Shown here: positions 7,579-16,880 of the stretch, in pieces | Layout: each line of letters starts with the position of its first letter | Numbering within the stretch: position 1 is the stretch's first letter | Source: an uncultured delta proteobacterium | GTDB lineage: Bacteria > Desulfobacterota > WTBG01 > CAIYCZ01 | Direction of reading: 5' to 3' | Assembly: GCA_963803975.1 (NCBI GenBank) | Contig: CAWDOY010000021.1 | Location: forward strand, 1 to 42,347 | Length of the DNA stretch: 42,347 nucleotides | The notes under the pieces: model-generated | What the model saw: the letters and a program-made list of their open reading frames with translations, nothing else | What the model was told of the DNA's origin: nothing | Databases searched by the model: none | Translations under genes and position numbers: made by a program

Positions 7579-8352
7579 TCAGCAATTCATTCTTTCCGGT
7601 TTATTGTCTTCCATGCTGGCAAGGATGCGTATTTTCTCCGCCAGAGAAACCGGTCCATCTACAACTTTGGAGCCGACAACTAATGGTGAATCACCTACGG
7701 TAAAGGCAATGCCACCGCGTTGCACAATCCACTGCATGGCAATGGCATCATTCTCGTCGTCGCCAGAGAAAATTAAATTCCCCCGGGAAGGTTTAAACTT
7801 GAGGTGCTTGCACAGCGCCTGGATCCCAAAAGCTTTGTTTATTTCCGGAAGAAATTGGATTTCTATTGCTTCCGGCCCATAAAACATTCTAATCTCGAAG
7901 ACAATCTCAAGCCTTCTAAGAAGTAAAGCGATCTTTTTTTTCGATTCCGCGGATGCATTACGGAAATGAAACGTAAAAGACCATTTTTTATCTTCAATGT
8001 CCAAACCAGGGCATGGTCTCAAAACTTCAATTTCAGGAATTACGGCGCTCCGTTTTGAAAAGAGCTTTAGTTCCAGCTTTTCTTCTGGATGCAAACTTTT
8101 TCCATCTGGGGTAATCCATTCCATCCCACTGCTGCCGCCAAGGAGTATACCAGGAATCCTGACCCGGAAGTAAAGATCCTCCAGCATTCTGCTGGAAAGT
8201 ATGGCAACATGCTGATGTGGCTGTACAGCTATCTCGGAGATAACCTCCTGACAGTCTGGATGTATCGCAGCTTTTGAACGGTCGGCAACTATGGTCGAGA
8301 GAGTACCGTCAAAATCAAAAATCCAGAGTCGTCTCTTATCGGTTACATACAT
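7579..8352 (-). CDS. otsB: Trehalose-6-phosphate phosphatase (HAD)
   Basis: FDFDGTL motif I, EDKKWSFTFHFR, NKAFG and GDDEND motif IV; directly downstream of otsA. Confidence 0.85.
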   Translation of the reverse strand: MYVTDKRRLWIFDFDGTLSTIVADRSKAAIHPDCQEVISEIAVQPHQHVAILSSRMLEDLYFRVRIPGILLGGSSGMEWITPDGKSLHPEEKLELKLFSKRSAVIPEIEVLRPCPGLDIEDKKWSFTFHFRNASAESKKKIALLLRRLEIVFEIRMFYGPEAIEIQFLPEINKAFGIQALCKHLKFKPSRGNLIFSGDDENDAIAMQWIVQRGGIAFTVGDSPLVVGSKVVDGPVSLAEKIRILASMEDNKPERMNC

Positions 8353-9838
8353 TTTGCGTTTTCCCTGTCTTTGGTACTTTTTCAATTTCCTCAAAAATTT
8401 TCCTGCCCCAGTGATAAACAGTATTCTTTTTAAGATGCGCCCGCATCCTTGTCATCCTGCTGCGGCGCTCTGCCTCCGGCATAGTGAGTGCTGCATAAAA
8501 AGCATCTGCAAGCTGATCAATGTCAAAAGGGTTAACCTGTATAGCATCCGGAAATTCGCGGGCAGCGCCGGTATATTTGGAGAGGATGAGCACTCCATCA
8601 CCGTCAATCCGTGATGATATGAACTCCTTCGCCACCAGATTCATCCCATCGTGGAGGGAAGTAACAACAACAATATCTGCCATACGGTATGCAGCAAGCA
8701 CATCATAGTAACCATGGTGTGCCCGTAAAAAATTTATTGAAGACCATTCTTCGGTATTATGCTGCCAATTAATCTCATCTATCAGGTCATCCAGATTATC
8801 ATTAAGTTCCCGGTACTCTTCAATATGGGTTCGGCTTGGTGCGGCAAGCTGCACAAAGGTTACGTTGGTTTTTAATTCCGGGTGCCGTTCCAGCAATAGT
8901 GAAAAGGCCTTAAGACGTTCCATTATCCCCTTGGTATAATCAATCCGGTCGGCACCTATAAATAATTTTGTTCGGGAAAGTGTCTCGCCCAGTTCTTTGG
9001 AGAATCTTTCCCGACTTCTTTTAACCGGCGGCGACTCTGCATCAGTTCCAATTTGAGGGAAATCAACACTGATCGGGAATGGGCGGACATACGTTGGCCT
9101 CCCGCCTCGAAAAACGCTGAAGTGTTCATAATCTACCTTTGCCTCAATCCCTCTGTCTACAGTATCCAGAAAGTTGTTACAGTGATTCTGGATATGAAAA
9201 CCCAAAATGTCGTTGCCCAGAAGGCCGTCGAGAAGTTCTTCTCCCCAGGGGAAAATCCGGAATGCTTCCCGATTAGGCCAGGGTATATGCCAAAAGTGAA
9301 TTAGCCTAAGATTTGGCTGATTATTTCTTAAAAGACGCGGTAACAGTGCAAGATGGTAGTCCTGAATAAAAACAATGGCGGGTTTACCATCGGCCTCCTC
9401 CAGCACTGTGTCACAGAAACGCTGGTTTACCTCCTTATATAGTTCCCAGTCGCTCCTGGAAAAATGAGGCCTGGCATATACGATATGGCATAGGGGCCAT
9501 AAGGCTTCATTGGAGAGTCCATAATAATACCCGTCCTCTTCTTTCCTGGTCAGCCACACTCTTCTCAACGTATATTTAGGAGATTCCTCCGGGAGATCAA
9601 TACGCCCTTTTTCATCAACGACTAAGCGGTCTGCTGACCCTGAACCGTGAGCAATCCATGTACCTCCTACGGCACTTACAATCGGTTCCAGGGCTGTAAC
9701 CATACCGCTTGCCGGACGTATTGACTTGATGCCATCACCTACATGTTCATGAAGACAAGGTTCGCGATTGGAAACAATAATAACTTTTGACCCCTTTGCA
9801 ATGCTGGAAATAAAGGCTCCTAATTGTTTAGCATTCAT
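8336..9838 (-). CDS. otsA: Trehalose-6-phosphate synthase (GT20)
   Basis: VSNREP, YYGLSNEALWPLCH, IQDYHL, FWHIPWP, DRIDYTKGI, SLHDGMNLVAKEF. Confidence 0.95.
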   Translation of the reverse strand: MNAKQLGAFISSIAKGSKVIIVSNREPCLHEHVGDGIKSIRPASGMVTALEPIVSAVGGTWIAHGSGSADRLVVDEKGRIDLPEESPKYTLRRVWLTRKEEDGYYYGLSNEALWPLCHIVYARPHFSRSDWELYKEVNQRFCDTVLEEADGKPAIVFIQDYHLALLPRLLRNNQPNLRLIHFWHIPWPNREAFRIFPWGEELLDGLLGNDILGFHIQNHCNNFLDTVDRGIEAKVDYEHFSVFRGGRPTYVRPFPISVDFPQIGTDAESPPVKRSRERFSKELGETLSRTKLFIGADRIDYTKGIMERLKAFSLLLERHPELKTNVTFVQLAAPSRTHIEEYRELNDNLDDLIDEINWQHNTEEWSSINFLRAHHGYYDVLAAYRMADIVVVTSLHDGMNLVAKEFISSRIDGDGVLILSKYTGAAREFPDAIQVNPFDIDQLADAFYAALTMPEAERRSRMTRMRAHLKKNTVYHWGRKIFEEIEKVPKTGKTQNVCNR

Positions 9839-10023
9839 AGGTTGACTCCTTTTATCTTTCTCACTTCTTGCATAATCTTATTTTTAGGCTGGCTAAGCCT
9901 ATAACATCATCTTTTTAGATTAATTATTTAGGTGCTCACATATAAAAAAAGTCAGTCTCATAGACTGCACTATTTTTATATTGTAAATTTTCAAACTCTT
10001 CGGTTTTGCTTGTGATATAATTT

Positions 10024-10344
10024 TTATACTTGGTTATGGTTGGTTTGAAGAAAAAGCTTTAAGGCATCATCCGCTTCACCGGTTACCCCTGGTACTAAGG
10101 TTATCCCGTTTCCCAGAAGAAGTTGCTGAGTAAAATTTGAGATTCCTCCACAGATAATTTTTTCCACCCCCATTTTTTTAATGGAAGCGACTTTCCTGAC
10201 AGGATCATTTGCCGTGAACAAAATGTTTTCGATATCAAGAACAGCGTTTCTTTCTACTGTAGCAACAAGAATATAGGGTGCATATTCAAAACAGGGGGAT
10301 ACTCTCGTGCCAAAAACTGGAATTGCAATTTTCATGTGTGTCAA
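10024..10344 (-). CDS. NifB/NifX (FeMo-co-binding, orange-protein-like) family protein
   Basis: MKIAIPVFGTRVSPCFE...GVEKIICGGI...GVTGEADDALKLFL. Confidence 0.85.
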   Translation of the reverse strand: MTHMKIAIPVFGTRVSPCFEYAPYILVATVERNAVLDIENILFTANDPVRKVASIKKMGVEKIICGGISNFTQQLLLGNGITLVPGVTGEADDALKLFLQTNHNQV

Positions 10345-10361
10345 TCCTTGATAAAATATTT

Positions 10362-10378
10362 TGCAATATAAGTACCAA
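10362..10378 (-). promoter_or_regulatory. Sigma54 (-24/-12) promoter for the NifX-like gene
   Basis: Minus strand TTGGTACTTATATTGCA = GG-N10-GC, about 20 bp upstream of the gene and next to a sigma54 activator. Confidence 0.8.
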
Positions 10379-10462
10379 GGGGCGGCCTAATATTAATTCG
10401 AGTGTTTTGCCGATATGTTATGAGTATAAATAAGGGGGACTGCCGAGGAAAAGAGAAATATA

Positions 10463-10484
10463 AATATTGCAATTCTGCAATATT
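10463..10484. promoter_or_regulatory. Palindromic upstream activating sequence TTGCA-N4-TGCAA
   Basis: AATATTGCA-ATTC-TGCAATATT, about 90-100 bp upstream of the sigma54 promoter; the same core recurs at 12031 and 12064. Confidence 0.65.
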
Positions 10485-10621
10485 GCGGATACGATTTAGA
10501 TGCATTTTTGAAAGTATCCGGATAATCTGCGAAACAACGATGAGGTCCCCTTTTATAAATCTTAGTTGACTACGCGCTGGGGTTCGAGCGAACGTTGTTA
10601 GATAGTAAGCGAGGCACTTTT

Positions 10622-11962
10622 ATGAAGAAAAAATTAGAAAATGATCCTCAAATGGAAACCATTCTAAGCAGTATTGCTGATGGGGTATTTACTATTGACC
10701 ATGAAAAAAACATAACATCTTTCAATAGAGCAGCTGAAAATATTACCGGTATCAAGCGGGCTCAGGCAATTGGGAAAAAATGTTTTGATGTAATGCGTGC
10801 CAGTGTCTGTCAGAACAGTTGCACCATGGAGAGGGCTATTAAAAAAGCTACGCCTGTTATCGTCCTTCCTCTTACCATTATTAACAACCATGGTGACATT
10901 GTGCCCATAAGTATAACAGCGGCAGCACTGAAGGATAGTGGGGGCAAGGTTATTGGGGGGGTGGAGACTTTTCGTGATTTATCAGAACTGGAAGGCATGA
11001 GAAAGGAGTTAACTAGGCAATACACGTATCATGATATTATTGGTAAAAGTCCGCCAATCCAAAGGCTTTTTGCTATTCTTCCTGATATAGCTGAAAGTGA
11101 TAGTGCTGCTTTGATCCAGGGGCCAAGCGGTACCGGCAAAGAACTTTTTGCACTTGCAATACATAACATCAGTAATCATAAAGATGGTCCCTATGTCACA
11201 GTAAATTGTGGGGCACTTCCTGATACATTATTGGAGTCTGAGCTTTTTGGATATGTCAAAGGAGCCTTTACAGATGCAAAAATCGATAAACCCGGCCGTT
11301 TTGCACGGGCAGAAGGCGGGACGCTGTTTTTAGATGAGGTGGGAGAGTTGCCCCTTGCAGTTCAGGTAAAACTTCTCCGGGTGTTACAGGGCGGAGAATA
11401 CGAACCGTTAGGAGCAACACAATCGTTAAAAGCAAATGTTCGAATCATTGCTGCAACTAACCAGGACTTATTACAATTATTATCCGAGGGAAGATTCAGA
11501 GAAGACCTTTATTATCGTCTTAATGTAATAAAATTAACTTTACCGTCACTATCTCAAAGAAAGGAAGATATCCCCCTGCTGGTTGAACATTTCATTCATA
11601 AATTTAACGTAAAGAAGGGTAGAACAATTGCAGGTGTATCCCGTCAGGTTATGCAGTTTTTTATGAGTTATGATTTTCCCGGTAATATTCGTGAACTTGA
11701 AAACATGATTGAGCATGCCTTTATATTATGCCGCGGATCTATTATCAATGTTGATCATCTCCCACAGGAGATAAAGAGCAAAACAACTATTGTAAAACCA
11801 ATTTCATATCAGGGTGCCCCGCCCCTTAAAAGTGCCGAGGCTGAGATAATTCACAATGTGCTCATAAAACATAATGGCAATAGAGCGAAAACTGCTGCTG
11901 AACTCAGCATTGATAAGACAACTCTTTGGAGAAAGATGAAAAAATATAATTTAAAATTCTAG
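10622..11962 (+). CDS. PAS-AAA+-Fis-HTH sigma54-dependent activator, OrpR-like
   Basis: PAS with C-x8-C-x3-C (CFDVMRASVCQNSC), GPSGTGKE, ESELFGYVKGAFTDA, LFLDEVGE, FREDLYYRL, and HTH NRAKTAAELSIDKTTLWRKM. Confidence 0.92.
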   Translation: MKKKLENDPQMETILSSIADGVFTIDHEKNITSFNRAAENITGIKRAQAIGKKCFDVMRASVCQNSCTMERAIKKATPVIVLPLTIINNHGDIVPISITAAALKDSGGKVIGGVETFRDLSELEGMRKELTRQYTYHDIIGKSPPIQRLFAILPDIAESDSAALIQGPSGTGKELFALAIHNISNHKDGPYVTVNCGALPDTLLESELFGYVKGAFTDAKIDKPGRFARAEGGTLFLDEVGELPLAVQVKLLRVLQGGEYEPLGATQSLKANVRIIAATNQDLLQLLSEGRFREDLYYRLNVIKLTLPSLSQRKEDIPLLVEHFIHKFNVKKGRTIAGVSRQVMQFFMSYDFPGNIRELENMIEHAFILCRGSIINVDHLPQEIKSKTTIVKPISYQGAPPLKSAEAEIIHNVLIKHNGNRAKTAAELSIDKTTLWRKMKKYNLKF

Positions 11963-12030
11963 CCTGTTCGGTACACCCCCCTTCTGCGATAACCCACGGT
12001 AATATTTGAAAAATAACATACCCAAAAATA

Positions 12031-12077
12031 TTGCAATATTGCATTATAATTGATCTTATAATGTTGCATTTATGCAA
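12031..12077. promoter_or_regulatory. Two TTGCA-N4-TGCA(A/T) sites (putative UAS pair)
   Basis: TTGCAATATTGCAT (12031-12044) and TTGCATTTATGCAA (12064-12077), starts 33 bp apart (about three helical turns). Confidence 0.6.
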
Positions 12078-12163
12078 TTTATCAACCACCCCTATTTTCT
12101 CTCAACAAATAACCATAGCATTAACTAAATATTAATCCTTTATATTTTAACCAATAGGCAAGA

Positions 12164-12179
12164 TGGTATTTATCTTGTA
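12164..12179 (+). promoter_or_regulatory. Possible sigma54 promoter (non-canonical GT at -12)
   Basis: TGGTATTTATCTTGTA = GG-N10-GT, about 90-130 bp downstream of the UAS pair. Confidence 0.45.
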
Positions 12180-12427
12180 TTGCAATGATAACATGGAATT
12201 AAAAAACAAGTGCAATCTCATTTTCTAAATAGTCAATATAGGGGAATCAAGAGCCAGCTCATTAGAATTAATTTTGTTAAGCGCGCCCCCCGCTCGACTC
12301 CTGAACCCCGTTTTATTTTCAATACGCAGATGCAGTTATAAGAATAAAATGGAATATTTTGTCTCTGAATTCTTGTAAAAGCTGTTTTTTATGCAACTGG
12401 AAAAACAGTTGAGAGGCTTATGACCAT

Positions 12428-12925
12428 ATGTATAAGGTATTTTTATTCATTATGAGTGTCGCATATGTCAGCATCATCCTGACGGCCAGGGGACAGGCAG
12501 AAGAGGCAACCTATGCCCTCATTGTGAATAAAAATTTATTCAGCCCCAACCGAACAGCATGGTTTATAAATGAAACACAGAAGACACAGAGGATCGTTCC
12601 GAAGAATGTTCCCCGGATTGATGATAAGAAGGTGCATCTCCTGGGTACTGTTATAACCGCAAAAAAGCGGAGGGCAGTCATCAGCACATCTTCACGGAGT
12701 TCACGCAAAGACACGGAAATATATACAACAGGAGATTACTTGCAGGGATATCTGGTTAAAGAAATAGAGCCAAAAAAAGTTATGCTGGTGAATCAGGAGC
12801 TAAATGAGGAATGTATTCTCTTCCTGAAGGCTGACAAGTCCCAGCGTACACATGAAAAAACGCCACTGCCGCAGCCTCCTCCACCTGATGCAGGCAAGAG
12901 TCGACCGCGTTCAAAGCGGAAATAA
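12428..12925 (+). CDS. GspC/PilP-like (T2SS protein C-type) membrane-anchored protein, orphan
   Basis: N-terminal hydrophobic segment, I..KNLFSP.R, LLGTVI....RAVI, Y..GD...GY.VKEIEPKKVML and a Pro-rich tail. Confidence 0.65.
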   Translation: MYKVFLFIMSVAYVSIILTARGQAEEATYALIVNKNLFSPNRTAWFINETQKTQRIVPKNVPRIDDKKVHLLGTVITAKKRRAVISTSSRSSRKDTEIYTTGDYLQGYLVKEIEPKKVMLVNQELNEECILFLKADKSQRTHEKTPLPQPPPPDAGKSRPRSKRK

Positions 12926-13217
12926 CACTGGATCTGGCTGAACGAATGAAAACCGCTCGTAATCTGCTGAAGCAAAGGGACAGCGATCTGGTCAGGCAAT
13001 AGGTTGATAGAGACTTTGCAAACTACAGCAACATTTTGACTCAATGTCAGCACAGGCAAGTGCAGAAGGTAATCCTGATGAAAAAAGAAATTGATAAAAT
13101 CCGAGCCGGCAGAAAATAAGACCCACACATTAAATTGTGGGGCTATTTCTCATGATACACCAACTGCCAGCCAGTATGGTTTTTGGTATCTAATTAATAA
13201 AACTAAATATTGTACTT

Positions 13218-13319
13218 GGGTCCAGGAATAGCAATTTATTTCTGGAGGTGAAATAATAAAAACTGATAATCGGACCGTTATCTGCGCTGAAGAATTTCAG
13301 GTAGCGGCTTTTTTATTGG
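13218..13319 (+). promoter_or_regulatory. Repeated structured RNA leader/attenuator, copy 4 (subtype A)
   Basis: GGGTCCAGGAATAGCAATTTATTTCTGGAGGTGAAATAATAAAAACTGATAATCGGACCGTTATCTG...CAGGTAGCGGCTTTTTTATTGG; about 40 nt upstream of ATG 13357. Confidence 0.8.
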
Positions 13320-13356
13320 TGACTCTACTGCATTTAAAAAGGAAGGGGTAGCATAT

Positions 13357-13494
13357 ATGCCTGCTGTACCTCAGGAATTAGTAGTAGCTATAATCATTGG
13401 TGTTGTCATTGTTTGTTATGTTTTATTGATTTTTTCAGGTAAAAACAAAAAGAATGAAGACCAGGAAGGGAAAAAGGAAATTAGCGGGCGGTGA
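13357..13494 (+). CDS. 'PQELV' single-TM microprotein, copy 3 (45 aa)
   Basis: MPAVPQELVVAIIIGVVIVCYVLLIFSGKNKKNEDQEGKKEISGR*; GAAGGGG RBS; PQELV...IFSG conserved with 2069 and 2783. Confidence 0.75.
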   Translation: MPAVPQELVVAIIIGVVIVCYVLLIFSGKNKKNEDQEGKKEISGR

Positions 13495-13566
13495 TTTTAA
13501 TGCGGTAACAATTTATAAATTAAAACTAACTAACTCGGTAACTTATTTAACAGTAAGGAGGCAATT

Positions 13567-14082
13567 ATGCTTAAAGAATATTCTTGGCTTATACCAGTCG
13601 TTTTTTTGGTCGTTGGTGGCAGTGTAACTTTTATATTAAGCCTTCTCAATAAAGGCAAAAAAACTGTCGCAGAGGAAACGCCTAAAGAGATTGAACTGAC
13701 AGAAAGGTTCTGCATGAGCAAATATCTGTGCGGATTTCCAAACGCAGCCACCCCTGCTCCCCTCGTTTTTTGTGGAGTGACCGAGGAGTCTTTTCTATTC
13801 TCAAAAGGGAGTAAAGGGGTAGAGATAGGCCGGATACATAGAGATTCAATAAATAATATTATAGTTGTCATAAAATCTCAGGTCCTCCACCAATTGACGG
13901 CTGAAGAAAAGTTGTCCTTTGGCAAGCTATTTGAGTCTCAAAAAGACAATAGCAGTTGTTTGGTTTTAAACTCGGAGAATAGCGATAATAAAAAGTCTAA
14001 TGCAGTGTTTGAATTCCCAGAACAAGCCTCAGCGGATAGTGCAGCACAGGCACTAAAGAAATGGATGAAACAAAAATCATAG
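13567..14082 (+). CDS. Membrane-anchored PH-like family protein, type A (intact)
   Basis: AAGGAGG RBS; TM helix, then a domain nearly colinear with 3292-3832. Confidence 0.85.
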   Translation: MLKEYSWLIPVVFLVVGGSVTFILSLLNKGKKTVAEETPKEIELTERFCMSKYLCGFPNAATPAPLVFCGVTEESFLFSKGSKGVEIGRIHRDSINNIIVVIKSQVLHQLTAEEKLSFGKLFESQKDNSSCLVLNSENSDNKKSNAVFEFPEQASADSAAQALKKWMKQKS

Positions 14083-14171
14083 CAGAGCAATTATTCAAAT
14101 TGCATGTGTAAAACTATTAGTAATACTTTGGGGGGGAAGGAGGTTCAGTTTTATAAAGGAGATGCAGCATT

Positions 14172-14225
14172 ATGGAGAGTGGAGAGTATTGTGCTATAGG
14201 AACATCATAGTTTTGGAAGTATAAC
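14172..14225 (+). pseudogene. N-terminal relic of a type B PH-like gene
   Basis: TTTTATAAAGGAG RBS, then MESGEYCAIGTS*, matching MESGEYFAIGTF of 3922; homology stops just before the MMPL terminator. Confidence 0.75.
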
Positions 14226-14253
14226 TTTTTTGGATCGGATAAGAAACATGTGT

Positions 14254-14288
14254 AAAAAAGCAGGGCCGATACTGGACCTGCTTTTTTT
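14254..14288. terminator. Bidirectional terminator downstream of MMPL copy 1
   Basis: AAAAAAGCAGG...CCTGCTTTTTT; a related hairpin at 16822-16852 follows copy 2. Confidence 0.7.
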
Positions 14289-14331
14289 ATGCACTACTGC
14301 TTTGATATGCAGCCTCGGCTGCTTTTTGCCG

Positions 14332-16725
14332 TTACTTTCTTGTGGAAGTTATAAATTTCGGCTTAAACAGCGAGATAAAACTGGGTACGACAAAAATCGC
14401 TCCCAGCATGTTAATTATCAGCACGATTGCCAGCAGCAAGCCCATCAAAGCCTGGAACATCAGCTTGGAGATTACCCAGAACCCAAGACCGCAGATAAGG
14501 GTCAACCCGATATACAGCACCGCCTTGCCGGAGGTCCCCAGCGATATTGCAATCGCGTCATTCAGGTCACGTTTGTTATCCCGGTATTCCTCAATAATAC
14601 GGCCGACAATATAAATCGAATAGTCAACACCAAGCCCCATGCCCACTGACGCGATCGGCAGCGTCGCCGTGGTCAGCGGTATCGGCGGGTTCATGAGGGT
14701 CATGAACGACTGGGTCAAAAACGTTGAGGTCAGAAGCGGCAGGGTGATAAAAATCGCCGCCACAAAGGACTGAAAGAAAAAGGCTACAAAAAAGAAGCAC
14801 ATGATGTAGGCAATGATGGTGGTCAGGCCGTTGTATTTCAGCAGAGTCTCATTGATACCTGCCTGGACGCCTGCCGTGCCCCCTGCCAGACGATACTTGA
14901 AGTTAAAAGTTGTCTCCGCTTTATTCACTATATCCTTTACCGTCTTGGTGGAGACCGACTCCTCCGCAATAAATTTATTGATCCGGTCAATAACTTCTCT
15001 CAGGCTGTCCGCTGTCTTGTCACGCAGGTACAGGACGATATTTGCGCGCTGCTGGTCAGCGTCGAGATATTTATCCCAGGCGCCGGGAGCTCCGGTAGTG
15101 AGAATAACCCATTGGAGCATTTTGAGCTGCATATCTATGGTCGGGGCAAATATCCATTTAGGGTCAGAATCTCTCACCGCCCGGTTGTAATTCGGAATCG
15201 GGCCGGCAAGGCTCCCCACGAACATGACCCGCTGGTTGGGCGTGCGCGACATGTAGCGCACAAATTTCAGTATGTCGCGAAGAACGGTCGGGGTCATCTG
15301 GGTAAATGGTTTGTCACCTTCGCACACTATGTACATGGGGTTCAAAAGCGGCATATTAAAGATAAGCCGGAACGCATCCACGTTGTAGCGGTGAAACGGC
15401 CACAGGATTTCAGACCCCGGCACCACGTTTCCCACGGGGAGCTTCAGCTGCTGGAAGTAGCCCCAGGTGCAGACAATCAATACAATGACCAGAATGGGGA
15501 TTTTTCCTTTCCGGCAGATAAAATGGCCAATGCCATGCAGCATCCTGTCCAGGAACCCCTCCTTTTCCGGTGTTGTCTGCACTGGGAAATAGGAAAACAT
15601 TATGGGCAGCAGAAAAAACGCGATAAATATCGTGCCGAAGGCCCAGAACGCGCAGGATAGTGTTATCTTGTACAGGATATCGATCGGCGTAATGGCGATA
15701 ATCAGAATGCCCGAGGCATCGGTTATAATTCCTGCGATGCCCGGGACGAACAGGCTGGTAATAACTTTCTTGCAGGCTGCCTTGCCATCGCCAAGGATTA
15801 TGGACTCTTCCCGGTAGCGCTTCACCACCTGCACCGAGTGCGATGCAGCCATGGCGCCGATGAGAAACGGAAAGACCAGCACCAGCGGGTCAAGGTTGAA
15901 GTTGAGCATGGCAAGAAATCCCAGGCCCCACACCGCGCTGATCAGCGCTGCAAAAACCGGCATCACCATACCGCGCCTGGTGCGGAAAAACAGAAAAAAC
16001 ATCACCAGCATGGCGATAATGGTGTAGACAAAAATCTTCACTGCCTGCGGCACATAGCTTTCAATGTAGCCGATGTGCATGGGATTGCCGGCTATGGCAA
16101 TAAAATGATTATCATCTTCATATTTCTTACGCAACGCCTGCAGCTCTTTGAAGGTAACCCGGTAATCCATCTTCTCTTCAAAAAAATCTACCTGGATTAA
16201 TGTCTTCGCGCTGTCGAGAGATACCAGCCCCGGGTAGGTAATGGGGTTTCCATAAATAATCAGTCTGAGCTTATTGATATCTTCCGGGGTTTGCGGAACT
16301 TTGGGAAACATAACCGGAACAGATGTGTAGCCCTCGGGCAGTGCTTTGAAATCCCTTATTTGCGAACTTGCTATGGAGATAATCTTGTAGCGGTCAACTG
16401 CATTAAGTTGAAACATATCCTCCGTGATGTTCTTTACCTTTGTCAGGGTTTCAACATTAAAGATATCCTTGTATTTACCCTTGGGTTTCACCCCCACCAT
16501 GATAAGCACCTGGTTGGCACCGCCAAACTTGTTGCGGATCTCATTGTGCAGCTTTATGTACGGGTGCTGCTGCGGCAGCAGGTCAGCGAACACGGTCTTA
16601 ATCGACAGCTTCCGGCACTGCCAGCCGAAAAAGATGGTGATGATGATGGCAAGGATGAGGTAGATGTTGCGCTTCTCTATGACATGATCTGCAACACGTT
16701 CCATGAATGTTTCTATTTTACCCAT
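14332..16725 (-). CDS. MMPL/RND-superfamily transporter (intact copy)
   Basis: About 800 aa, two-repeat 12-TM topology, FGGAN and GMGLGVDYSIY motifs; GGGGAG RBS before MGKIETF. Confidence 0.9.
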   Translation of the reverse strand: MGKIETFMERVADHVIEKRNIYLILAIIITIFFGWQCRKLSIKTVFADLLPQQHPYIKLHNEIRNKFGGANQVLIMVGVKPKGKYKDIFNVETLTKVKNITEDMFQLNAVDRYKIISIASSQIRDFKALPEGYTSVPVMFPKVPQTPEDINKLRLIIYGNPITYPGLVSLDSAKTLIQVDFFEEKMDYRVTFKELQALRKKYEDDNHFIAIAGNPMHIGYIESYVPQAVKIFVYTIIAMLVMFFLFFRTRRGMVMPVFAALISAVWGLGFLAMLNFNLDPLVLVFPFLIGAMAASHSVQVVKRYREESIILGDGKAACKKVITSLFVPGIAGIITDASGILIIAITPIDILYKITLSCAFWAFGTIFIAFFLLPIMFSYFPVQTTPEKEGFLDRMLHGIGHFICRKGKIPILVIVLIVCTWGYFQQLKLPVGNVVPGSEILWPFHRYNVDAFRLIFNMPLLNPMYIVCEGDKPFTQMTPTVLRDILKFVRYMSRTPNQRVMFVGSLAGPIPNYNRAVRDSDPKWIFAPTIDMQLKMLQWVILTTGAPGAWDKYLDADQQRANIVLYLRDKTADSLREVIDRINKFIAEESVSTKTVKDIVNKAETTFNFKYRLAGGTAGVQAGINETLLKYNGLTTIIAYIMCFFFVAFFFQSFVAAIFITLPLLTSTFLTQSFMTLMNPPIPLTTATLPIASVGMGLGVDYSIYIVGRIIEEYRDNKRDLNDAIAISLGTSGKAVLYIGLTLICGLGFWVISKLMFQALMGLLLAIVLIINMLGAIFVVPSFISLFKPKFITSTRK

Positions 16726-16880
16726 AGCCTTAATCTCCCCTGTGAGGTTCCCTGACAATGGATGAGAAGCTATCGCATCCCGTTTCCATTACTGTTCTTT
16801 GTATAACCGGCAGCAGCTATCAAAAGCAGGGCCGAACATAAGCCCTGCTTTTGATATGCAGCCTCAGCTGCTTCTTGTTG

